DNA of 64,000 nt from an uncultured Pseudobdellovibrionaceae bacterium (GTDB lineage: Bacteria > Bdellovibrionota > Bdellovibrionia > Bdellovibrionales > JAGQZY01): the NCBI GenBank assembly GCA_964588335.1, contig CAZPOV010000011.1, forward strand, positions 6,784-70,783, read 5' to 3'. How positions within the stretch are numbered: position 1 is the first letter of the stretch; each line of letters opens with the position of its first letter. Of the stretch, positions 56,201 through 64,000 are shown piece after piece. Position numbers and translations under genes: made by a program. The notes beneath the pieces are model-generated. The model worked only from the letters and a program-made list of their open reading frames with translations. It was not told where the DNA came from and ran no database searches.

Positions 56201-59200
56201 TTATTGAGCCGTCTTCTTAGGGTTTTTGATAAGCTGTTCTTCAATTTTTTCAATTCGCTGTAATAAAAGGTTAATTTTTTCATCTCTTTGTTGAAGATCA
56301 TTTTTAAGATTTTGAATTTCAATATCTTTCTGAGTCTTCTGTTTTTTCTGGACTGTCTTCAAAGCTGAAATTTCTGATTGCAAACCGCTTTCAGTTTTTT
56401 GTAGACGCAGATTCAGCTCTCGAATGGCTTCAATAATAGGAGCAATAAGCTTACTGTAAGCCACCGATAGAAGGCCTTGATCGCTTTCTGAAACCGCTTC
56501 AGGGAAAACCTTTTGCACATCCTGGGCGATCACCCCCATGTCTTGACCCGAGGGAAAATCGTAATCTCGAAATTCATCGCGACGCCAGTCATAGAGGACA
56601 CCGTGAATCTGTAGTAAGCTCTCCAAAGGATTATCGATAGACGAGATATTCCTTTTAAGACGTCGGTCGGACAAGTTATTGTAGGCCCCCACACCGGCCA
56701 CCGAACCATTGACGTGAAGTTTGTAGCTAGGATTGGTCGTACCAATTCCCACATCACCACTTGGGGTCACTACTAAAAAGTCATTGTAGGTGGTGCCGTC
56801 AAAATAATTGAACATCAGTTTGTCGGCGTCAGCTCCAATCGTAGTTCCATTTCTATAAGCAAGACTCCACTGGTTGCTGTTGGAGGTGTTCGCTAAATTC
56901 AGGTAGGAATAATTGTAGGCATCTAACGACGATCCGATGGCAGTGAGGCTGGCACCAGCGGCACCATTGTAGACTTCAACGGACCCGGCGCCAAAGTCAC
57001 CGCCCACCTGTAAGGTTTTTGTCGGGTTTGGATAATTAATACCGACATTTCCATCCGGGTCTATTCGCATGCGCTCGGTGGGCTCAGAGGTTGTCCCGTC
57101 GTTTGTTTTAAATACAAGAAATCCCTCATGGTTGCCATTGGCAAAAGTTCCTGAGGTCTCACCAGTGATAGTGGCAACGACCTGAGACGCTGAACCATCG
57201 TAGGCTTCATATCTTATTTGTCCAACAGCCTGACTGGTAGGCGTAATCGAGGTTGAACCTTTAGCTCCGCCATAATTAGTAAATTTAAAAATGGGATAAC
57301 CACCCGTAGCGCCTTCCCAGTTTTTAATATTCACTTCTGGGTAACGTGCCACACTCGAGCTAGTATTAACAACCTGCATTTTCACAGAGGCATTGTCTGT
57401 TTCCAGTTGAAGTTTATTTGACGGAGCGATTGTTCCAATACCTACGTTGCCGTTACCATCAATCGTCATTAAGTTGAAAGCTGTCGTGGTATCCTGGTCA
57501 TAAAACTCAAAGTTTAGGGTTTCCCCGGATCCACCATTGGCATCAATTCTAAATTCATCCTGTGCATTTGTGAAACTGCTAGTGTCTGAAAAGGCAAGAG
57601 TCGCTGAATCGTTCTTCAGCCAAAATTTTCCCAGGGATCCTCCACTCAGCTTTTGTGACCACAAAGGTTCATTTTGAGTGGAGTTTCTAAAGTAAAAATA
57701 ATCACCATCATTTCTAAACCCGACGTCATCCTGGGTGCCACCCGCATTATCATTGAGAATAAGCTGATAGTTAGTCCCATCTCCTACGATTTCCAAGTAT
57801 CCCGCCGGAGTCGTGGTGCCAATTCCCACGTTTCCAGATGCATCGATCGTCATTCTTTCAAGATTGTTTGTTCCCAAAATCAATTGATTAGCCTCGTAGT
57901 TCCAGACTGCAGCATTACCACCGGAACCATACCCCACATAAAAACCATCATTGATTGTTGACCCTGAATTTGTGTTTGTGAAAAGAGCCGCTGAGCGGCC
58001 GGCTCCTGTATTTAATTGAAGCAATTCATTTGGTGTTGTGGTGCCAATACCTACATTTCCAGAGGAGGTTATGGTCATCGCTTCGTTGCCACCGGTGGAA
58101 AAGCCGATGGTGTCGGGAGCAGATGAGAACATTCCGGTGTTAGTATCCAGGCCAAAGCGAAAATCAGGGGTTGTGGCATCTCCATTGTCAGCCATTAAAC
58201 CTCCCCAAGACACAAACCCGTTAGAATCCAAGGTGGCAATATTTCCTCCGTTGATGGAATAGCGAATTTCACCGCTGCCTAGGGTAAAAATTCCCGTATC
58301 CGGATCGGAATTGAAAGCCAGGCCGGGAGTGGCGCCGGTTCCATCGGCAAATAAAATTGTGTCACCGGCACTGTAGCCGCCACCTCCAGCCGATAGGTCC
58401 AAACAATTGGCATTGTTCTCATCACAAATTTCAGCTGCGTTGATTGACCCGGTGTTGACGTCTAATTCTACGGCCGGTGTTGCTGTACCTATGCCAACGT
58501 AACCATTGTTAGTGATTCTCATCCTTTCTTGGGCCACATTGGTTGTATTAGGCACAGTATAAAAAACCTGCTGGTTTCCGCCAGCTGTACCTGAATGTTC
58601 TTCGGATGCGAATATTTCCCATGCTGTGTGTTTCGTGCTCCCATTATCGACATTTCGATGAACGATCTTCGCTATAGAATCATCGCTGCGTACAGAAAAG
58701 TCATAACTGAAAAAATCAAGACTCTTGCCGTTAGCGAGACCGGCCAAATCGACCCATTGACCATTGACATAGGCTTCCATCGAAGTTCTTGTTGAGTTGT
58801 AGCGAACCATCCCGTTTTGCGCCGATACAGGCCGAGTGGCTATTGTTCCACCAGGGGTAATTATCGCCCCTGTTCCATTGACGTGAAATTCAGCGCCCGG
58901 TGTTGTTGTGCCAATGCCGACATTTCCAGAGGTATCGATTGTCATATGAGTTGTGTCATTGGTTTCAAAAGAGAGGGAGTTATTGTCATTGGTACCGATG
59001 ATCATCGGTGCGGCGAAACTATTGCCATTGTTCAGAACCCCTGATACCGAAGAGGTGAGAAAGTCGACCCAAGCCGAGCCATCACAAAATCCTACTAGGT
59101 TGGTGCCATCAGCATCATAGCGGATCGCTCCAGCAATGGTGGAATCACATGTTGAAGTCGAATCGCCCACACGAAGCGCGCCACCACCTGAAAAGTCGGT

Positions 59201-59320
59201 ATCCACTTGTGCCGACGCTGAACTGGGATTGAAAAAAAGTGTGGATATAAAAGTGGCCAGCAACACCGAAGCCGATGTTAGGGACGCAAAGAGAGAGCTC
59301 AAAGGTCTTCTGGTTTTCAT
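56201..59320 (-). CDS. giant secreted tail-fibre-like repeat protein, paralogue 2, with C-terminal intramolecular-chaperone (peptidase S74-like) domain
   Basis: Signal peptide MKTRRPLSSLFASLTSASVLLATFISTLFFNPSSASA|QV (ATG at 59320; the tracked TTG at 59428 is unlikely). Seven GNVGIGT-type punctuations. C-terminal SDRRLKRNI...VLYDW...GVIAQDVQKVFPEAV...VAYSKLIAPIIEAIREL. Confidence 0.75.
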   Translation of the reverse strand: MKTRRPLSSLFASLTSASVLLATFISTLFFNPSSASAQVDTDFSGGGALRVGDSTSTCDSTIAGAIRYDADGTNLVGFCDGSAWVDFLTSSVSGVLNNGNSFAAPMIIGTNDNNSLSFETNDTTHMTIDTSGNVGIGTTTPGAEFHVNGTGAIITPGGTIATRPVSAQNGMVRYNSTRTSMEAYVNGQWVDLAGLANGKSLDFFSYDFSVRSDDSIAKIVHRNVDNGSTKHTAWEIFASEEHSGTAGGNQQVFYTVPNTTNVAQERMRITNNGYVGIGTATPAVELDVNTGSINAAEICDENNANCLDLSAGGGGYSAGDTILFADGTGATPGLAFNSDPDTGIFTLGSGEIRYSINGGNIATLDSNGFVSWGGLMADNGDATTPDFRFGLDTNTGMFSSAPDTIGFSTGGNEAMTITSSGNVGIGTTTPNELLQLNTGAGRSAALFTNTNSGSTINDGFYVGYGSGGNAAVWNYEANQLILGTNNLERMTIDASGNVGIGTTTPAGYLEIVGDGTNYQLILNDNAGGTQDDVGFRNDGDYFYFRNSTQNEPLWSQKLSGGSLGKFWLKNDSATLAFSDTSSFTNAQDEFRIDANGGSGETLNFEFYDQDTTTAFNLMTIDGNGNVGIGTIAPSNKLQLETDNASVKMQVVNTSSSVARYPEVNIKNWEGATGGYPIFKFTNYGGAKGSTSITPTSQAVGQIRYEAYDGSASQVVATITGETSGTFANGNHEGFLVFKTNDGTTSEPTERMRIDPDGNVGINYPNPTKTLQVGGDFGAGSVEVYNGAAGASLTAIGSSLDAYNYSYLNLANTSNSNQWSLAYRNGTTIGADADKLMFNYFDGTTYNDFLVVTPSGDVGIGTTNPSYKLHVNGSVAGVGAYNNLSDRRLKRNISSIDNPLESLLQIHGVLYDWRRDEFRDYDFPSGQDMGVIAQDVQKVFPEAVSESDQGLLSVAYSKLIAPIIEAIRELNLRLQKTESGLQSEISALKTVQKKQKTQKDIEIQNLKNDLQQRDEKINLLLQRIEKIEEQLIKNPKKTAQ

Positions 59321-59501
59321 AAACTGTACAAACGTTACCACGTCTATGTATCGGGAATTTTTACAAAAAGCTTGATGTTTAATCTCTTTTCGAAGCACTT
59401 TATTTATAGGTTTTAACAATTGAGCCAAAGAATTCTTTGATTGAGACTTAGCGGCGAACTTGCTAGTTTAGGGATCTAAAATTTCAATAAGGAATATCAA
59501 A

Positions 59502-61223
59502 ATGAGATGGTCACAAGTTACTCTTAAAACTCTTAGAGAAAACCCCGCAGATGCCGAAATGGAAAGCCACCGTCTTTTCGTCCGTGGAGGCATGATAAAA
59601 AAAATTGCTCCCGGGATTTTCTCGTACGGTTATCTTTTTTTACGCTCCATTCGCAAGTTTGAACAAATCCTACGGGAAGAGCTAGGCAAAGAGGGCAGTC
59701 ACGAGATCCTAATGCCCATGGTGCAGCCAGCCTCACTTTGGAAAGAGTCCGGGCGTTGGCCGAAAATGGGCGAGTTGCTTAAGTTTAAAAACAAAAATGA
59801 CCACGATTTTTGTCTGGGTGCGACCCACGAAGAGGTGGTGGTTGATTTTATGAGAAATGATATCAAAAGTTATCGCGATCTACCCACTAACGCTTATCAA
59901 ATTCAGACCAAGTATCGCGACGAGATTAGACCCCGGTTTGGCTTGATGCGCGGGCGTGAGTTCATCATGAAGGACGCTTACTCGTTTGACCTTGATCGTA
60001 ATGCTGCTATGGAATCTTACGAGGCCATGAAACGGGCTTACCATGCCATTTTTAAACGACTGGGTGTGGATTACACCGTGGTAAAAGCTGATTCCGGTGC
60101 CATTGGTGGTGATCTTTCCAACGAGTTTCAAGTGGTGGCCGAGCACGGGATGGACCATGTTCTGTTGTGCGAGGCTTGCGGATATTCGGCCAACTCCGAA
60201 GTGGCCCCTCTGGTTTTGCCTGAAACCACCTCGGTGTGGACTGACGAGCCGATGCAGGAGTTTGCAACGCCGGGACTTCGGTCTATCGAAGACTTAGAAA
60301 AATCGTTAAAAACACCTGCGTCTCAATTGGTAAAAACCTTTTTTGTGAAATATCAGAATCAAGCGGGGAAGTGGAAAGAAGCCACTTTATTGCTGCCAGG
60401 TCATCGCGAGGTCAATCTTATTAAAGCCAAAACTGTGTTAAAGGCGACCTCGGATGTGGAGCCTTTAAATGATGATGAAGTCCGCAAGCTCACGGGTGCC
60501 AGTCCGGGAAGTTGCGGCCCGGTGGGGGTGGACGTCACCATCGTTCAAGATCCAGCGCTTAAACAATTAAATTCCTTTATCGTCGGCGCCAACAAAGATG
60601 ATTTCCATTTAAAGAATGTGGTGCCGGATAGAGATTTTAAATTGTCTCTTGATGCCGATATTTCTCAGGTTGAAAGTGGTGATCCTTGCCCGGACTGCGG
60701 TAAAAAATTAGCCGCCAAGCGAGGGATTGAAGTGGGACATATTTTTTATCTTGGCAAAAAATACTCCGAGGCCATGGGATTAAAATACCTTGATGAAGAC
60801 GGGAAGTCGCAGACTGTTGAGATGGGCTGTTATGGTATCGGGGTGACCCGAAGCCTACAGGCGATCATCGAGCAAAGTCATGATGAGGATGGAATGTGCT
60901 GGCCTAAAAGTGTGGCTCCCTTTCACGTTCATGTTTGTTTGCTTGATCCTGAGGATCAATCCATAGTTGATTGGCTGGATGTCTACCGCTCATCCATGGA
61001 GCGCATGGGTTATGAAGTCTTTGTCGATGACCGAAAAGAAAGACCGGGGATCAAATTTAAAGATGCAGACCTACTTGGGTTTCCGATTCGGGTTGTGGTC
61101 GGTAAGCGTGGCTTTGACAACAACGAAGTTGAACTTTTTGTACGCAAATCAAAAGACAAGCACAAAGTTCCTTTGGAAGAGGCTCTCACTAAATCCAAAG
61201 AATTGATGGAAGGTGCCTTTTGA
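59502..61223 (+). CDS. proS: prolyl-tRNA synthetase (bacterial type with insertion/editing domain)
   Basis: Class II motifs (FRDEIRPRFGLMRGREFIMKDAYSF, GCYGIGVTR), N-terminal LKTLRENPADAE and a C-terminal anticodon-binding domain. Confidence 0.9.
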   Translation: MRWSQVTLKTLRENPADAEMESHRLFVRGGMIKKIAPGIFSYGYLFLRSIRKFEQILREELGKEGSHEILMPMVQPASLWKESGRWPKMGELLKFKNKNDHDFCLGATHEEVVVDFMRNDIKSYRDLPTNAYQIQTKYRDEIRPRFGLMRGREFIMKDAYSFDLDRNAAMESYEAMKRAYHAIFKRLGVDYTVVKADSGAIGGDLSNEFQVVAEHGMDHVLLCEACGYSANSEVAPLVLPETTSVWTDEPMQEFATPGLRSIEDLEKSLKTPASQLVKTFFVKYQNQAGKWKEATLLLPGHREVNLIKAKTVLKATSDVEPLNDDEVRKLTGASPGSCGPVGVDVTIVQDPALKQLNSFIVGANKDDFHLKNVVPDRDFKLSLDADISQVESGDPCPDCGKKLAAKRGIEVGHIFYLGKKYSEAMGLKYLDEDGKSQTVEMGCYGIGVTRSLQAIIEQSHDEDGMCWPKSVAPFHVHVCLLDPEDQSIVDWLDVYRSSMERMGYEVFVDDRKERPGIKFKDADLLGFPIRVVVGKRGFDNNEVELFVRKSKDKHKVPLEEALTKSKELMEGAF

Positions 61224-61945
61224 GTCGCGACCGTGGCGAAGACAGAACGGTTGTCGGAATCCATTCCTGCGAAGAGGCGATCAAGGTCAACCCTCATTGG
61301 GTGACTGAAGTTTGCTTTATGGAAGGCAAAGAAAAAGATTGGCAAAATCTAGCCAATCTTTGCCAAAAGAAAAAACTGAAAACAAAAGTTCGAGGAAAAA
61401 AGTTTTTTAACGCTTTGGCCGAAGGTCATCAGGGTATCGCCGTTCAATTGAATGAACGCCCGCGTTGGCAGGACAAAGTGGCTGAAAAAAATGAAAGCCT
61501 GGTGGTTTTTCTTGATGGCATCACCGACCCACAGAATATGGGCGCCATCCTCCGTAGCAGCTGGCTTTTAGGCGTTGATGGGATTTTTATTCCCAAAAAT
61601 CGTCGGGTCGACCTCACCCCGGTGGTCTGCAAAGTGGCTTCCGGCGGGGCCGAGCACGTGCCGGTGGAATCCTGCCACTTCGGCTCTCAGCTGCAATGGT
61701 TTAAAGATCAAGGTTATTGGGTCCACGGTTTGCGCGAAAATGGTGATATTCAACTGCCGCAGCAAAAGCCGGGAGGGAAGACGGTCTTGGTGGTTGGGGC
61801 CGAGGGAAAGGGAATGCGGACTTCCACCGAAAAATTTTGTGACCAATTCGTAAGCATTCCGCAAGTGGAGTCTGGCTCCAGCTACAACGCCTCGGTGGCT
61901 TTTGCACTCTGTGCTTACGAATACACCCGGCACCGTTACATTTAG
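61220..61945 (+). CDS. rlmB: SpoU/TrmH-family 23S rRNA 2'-O-methyltransferase (RlmB-like)
   Basis: TTG start overlapping the proS stop (TTGA). GITDPQNMGAILRSS, LVVGAEGKGMR and the C-terminal knot motif SYNASVAFAL. Confidence 0.7.
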   Translation: MSRDRGEDRTVVGIHSCEEAIKVNPHWVTEVCFMEGKEKDWQNLANLCQKKKLKTKVRGKKFFNALAEGHQGIAVQLNERPRWQDKVAEKNESLVVFLDGITDPQNMGAILRSSWLLGVDGIFIPKNRRVDLTPVVCKVASGGAEHVPVESCHFGSQLQWFKDQGYWVHGLRENGDIQLPQQKPGGKTVLVVGAEGKGMRTSTEKFCDQFVSIPQVESGSSYNASVAFALCAYEYTRHRYI

Positions 61946-62020
61946 GTCACCTAAATGCCTTTTCATATTGACTTAATCAGCCCTTTTTTTTAAACCCGTC
62001 AGTCTGATCGAAATCGACAG

Positions 62021-62096
62021 GCTGAATTAGCTCAATTGGTAGAGCAACTGATTTGTAATCAGTAGGTTGGGGGTTCGAGTCCCTCATTCAGCACCA
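62021..62096 (+). tRNA. tRNA-Thr (anticodon UGU)
   Basis: Cloverleaf by hand: acceptor GCTGAAT/ATTCAGC, anticodon stem ACTGA/TCAGT, loop TTTGTAA, T-loop GGTTCGAGTCC, encoded CCA. Confidence 0.9.
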
Positions 62097-62195
62097 AATT
62101 TTGACATCGGGTTCCATAACTTGGGTCGAAATTTCGGGTAGATGGATCAAACAATTTGCCTTGAAGCTCTAAGTAATAGAGTCTTATTGGTTCGA

Positions 62196-62280
62196 GGAGG
62201 AGTACTCAAGCGGTCAACGAGGGCAGACTGTAAATCTGCTGGCTTAGCCTTCAGAGGTTCGAATCCTCTCTCCTCCACCA
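62196..62280 (+). tRNA. tRNA-Tyr (anticodon GUA)
   Basis: Acceptor GGAGGAG/CTCCTCC, anticodon loop CTGTAAA, long variable arm, T-loop GGTTCGAATCC, encoded CCA. Confidence 0.9.
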
Positions 62281-62386
62281 TTTTTTTAAGGTGGATTTTT
62301 GGCTTCGGCCATTTTGATTGTCAATTTGCTAAAAACCCCTTTGGGGGTGTAAAGCAAGGGGAATCAAAAAGGAAAAGACAACACGA

Positions 62387-62462
62387 GCGGGAGTAACTCA
62401 ATTGGTAGAGTGTCAGCCTTCCAAGCTGAATGTTGCGGGTTCGAGACCCGTCTCCCGCTCCA
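62387..62462 (+). tRNA. tRNA-Gly (anticodon UCC)
   Basis: Acceptor GCGGGAG/CTCCCGC, anticodon stem TCAGC/GCTGA, loop CTTCCAA, T-loop GGTTCGAGACC, encoded CCA. Confidence 0.9.
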
Positions 62463-62495
62463 AATTTTAAAAAAAGTCTCTTTGGAGAGGAACCT

Positions 62496-62570
62496 GCTGA
62501 TGTGGCTCAGTGGTAGAGCACGCCCTTGGTAAGGGCGAGGTCGAGAGTTCGATTCTCTCCATCAGCACCA
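62496..62570 (+). tRNA. tRNA-Thr (anticodon GGU)
   Basis: Acceptor GCTGATG/CATCAGC, anticodon stem CGCCC/GGGCG, loop TTGGTAA, T-loop AGTTCGATTCT, encoded CCA. Confidence 0.9.
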
Positions 62571-62669
62571 TTTTTATGGCTCTGCAGGTAGATTTTTTTA
62601 TTGATTACATTGGTAAAGGCGTTTAATTAAACATGAAATACAAAAATAATAATTTTCAGGAGGCTTTGA

Positions 62670-63860
62670 ATGGCTAAAGAGAAGTTTAATCGGGGAAAAC
62701 CCCATGTGAATATCGGTACTGTCGGCCACGTTGACCATGGTAAAACAACTTTGACGGCTGCAATCACCAAAACTCTAGCTGTGAACGGTGGTGGGCAGGC
62801 TATGGATTACGACATGATCGATAAAGCCCCTGAAGAGAGAGAGCGTGGAATCACGATTTCGACCGCCCACGTTGAGTACGAGACAGAAAAGCGTCACTAT
62901 GCTCACGTTGATTGTCCCGGACACGCCGATTATGTGAAAAACATGATCACTGGTGCGGCTCAGATGGATGGTGGAATCCTTGTGGTTTCTGCAGCGGATG
63001 GACCTATGCCTCAAACCCGCGAGCACATCCTTTTGGCTCGTCAGGTTGGTGTTCCAGCTCTTGTTGTTTTCCTTAACAAATGTGACCAAGTCGACGACGA
63101 AGAGCTTCTCGAGCTTGTTGAGCTTGAGATCCGTGAGCTTCTTAACAAATACGAATTCCCTGGCGACGACATTCCAATCGTTCGTGGTTCAGCTCTAAAA
63201 GCTCTTGAGGGTGAAGACAGCGAAATGGGTACACAAGCCATCATGAAGTTGATGGATGCCGTTGATGCGACTGTTCCTGAGCCTGAGCGTGATGTTGATA
63301 AGACCTTCTTGATGCCTATCGAGGACGTTTTCTCTATCTCTGGTCGTGGTACTGTTGTTACCGGTCGTATTGAGCGTGGTATTGTAAAAGTGGGTGAAGA
63401 GATCGAAATCGTTGGAATCAAGCCAACCACTAAAACCACTGTGACTGGAATCGAAATGTTCCGTAAGCTTCTTGATGAAGGTATGGCGGGAGATAACGCT
63501 GGTTGTCTTCTTCGTGGTACTAAGAAAGAAGATGTTGAGCGTGGTCAAGTTCTTGCCAAGCCTGGAACAATCACTCCTCACAAAAAATTCAAATGTGAGT
63601 CTTATATCCTTACTAAAGAAGAAGGTGGACGACACACTCCATTCTTCACTAACTACCGTCCTCAGTTCTACTTCCGTACAACTGATGTTACCGGTGTTTG
63701 TTCTTTGAAAGAAGGAACTGAAATGGTTATGCCTGGTGACCAAATTGAAATGAGCGTTGAGCTAATTGCTCCAATCGCCATGGAAAAAGGTCTTAAGTTT
63801 GCCATTCGTGAAGGTGGCCGTACCGTTGGTGCCGGCGTCGTTACTGAAATCGTAGAGTAA
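62670..63860 (+). CDS. tuf: translation elongation factor Tu
   Basis: [22 protein letters not shown] and SALKALEG. Full-length at 396 aa, with RBS AGGAGG. Confidence 0.95.
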   Translation: MAKEKFNRGKPHVNIGTVGHVDHGKTTLTAAITKTLAVNGGGQAMDYDMIDKAPEERERGITISTAHVEYETEKRHYAHVDCPGHADYVKNMITGAAQMDGGILVVSAADGPMPQTREHILLARQVGVPALVVFLNKCDQVDDEELLELVELEIRELLNKYEFPGDDIPIVRGSALKALEGEDSEMGTQAIMKLMDAVDATVPEPERDVDKTFLMPIEDVFSISGRGTVVTGRIERGIVKVGEEIEIVGIKPTTKTTVTGIEMFRKLLDEGMAGDNAGCLLRGTKKEDVERGQVLAKPGTITPHKKFKCESYILTKEEGGRHTPFFTNYRPQFYFRTTDVTGVCSLKEGTEMVMPGDQIEMSVELIAPIAMEKGLKFAIREGGRTVGAGVVTEIVE

Positions 63861-63887
63861 TTCTCCAGAATTACTGCGATTTTGTAA

Positions 63888-63917
63888 AAAGGTCTCTAGT
63901 CATGGGGGCCTTTTTTT
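63888..63917 (+). terminator. rho-independent terminator after tuf
   Basis: AAAGGTCTC-tagtcatg-GGGGCCTTT (two G-U pairs) followed by TTTT. Confidence 0.65.
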
Positions 63918-63940
63918 GTTAGGAATACTAGCTTATGTGT

Positions 63941-64000
63941 AGGGTAGTGGCTCAATTGGTAGAGTAACGGACTCCAAATCCGTTGGTTGGGGGTTCGAGT
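63941..64000 (+). tRNA. tRNA-Trp (anticodon CCA), 3' end cut by the window edge
   Basis: AGGGTAG TG GCTCAATTGGTAGAGT A ACGGA CTCCAAA TCCGT ... GGGGGTTCGAGT. D-arm, anticodon arm and the start of the T-arm are present. Confidence 0.8.

Noticed and set aside
53134-59428. Tail-fibre-like genes as evidence for a prophage or tailocin
   Set aside because: The window has no capsid, portal, tape-measure, baseplate, sheath, terminase or lysis genes and no adjacent integrase. Both genes carry Sec signal peptides and are flanked by coaD and proS.
62142-62396. 84-aa plus-strand ORF in the track
   Set aside because: It runs across tRNA-Tyr and into tRNA-Gly. It is an artefact of stop-free tRNA and spacer sequence.

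Overview
All calls come from reading the sequence and the ORF track by eye; no searches were run. The window looks like ordinary chromosome from a Bdellovibrio/Bacteriovorax-like predatory bacterium. That taxon is an inference from gene content: many lipobox lipoproteins, a secreted S8 protease, PilZ and PP2C signalling proteins, and fibre-like surface proteins. About 55 protein genes and 5 tRNAs are supported. Housekeeping genes: rsmI, a NUDIX hydrolase, a nuoB-CD-E-F-G-I operon that encodes only peripheral-arm subunits, ugd plus a UDP-glucuronate decarboxylase, mgtE, recO, gmhB, a Xer-type recombinase, fliC, clpB, ribE-ribBX-ribH, an ntrY/ntrX-like pair, coaD, proS, rlmB, and the tRNA-Thr/Tyr/Gly/Thr-tuf-tRNA-Trp block. 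I found no rRNA, CRISPR array, transposase/IS element or prophage. The best candidates for something new are: (1) two adjacent giant secreted proteins resembling phage tail fibres (53134-59428), with a shared N-terminal module, GNVGIGT-punctuated bodies, a reused two-cysteine loop and different C-terminal modules, one of them an S74-type intramolecular chaperone; (2) a charge-segregated protein next to fliC with a histone-H1-like poly-Lys N-terminal half and a poly-Asp/Glu tail (37654-38478); (3) a compact signalling cluster (2921-7681) joining a membrane-anchored CheA-like kinase, CheX-like and CheY-like proteins, an RsbU-type PP2C phosphatase and a STAS-like protein. Smaller observations are a RibBX-type degenerate GTP cyclohydrolase II domain, a receiver-less sigma-54 activator, an NtrX-like regulator with a degenerate GAFTGA loop, a sigma-32-type promoter before clpB, a FecR-domain plus TPR/beta-barrel pair, and several unusual lipoproteins.
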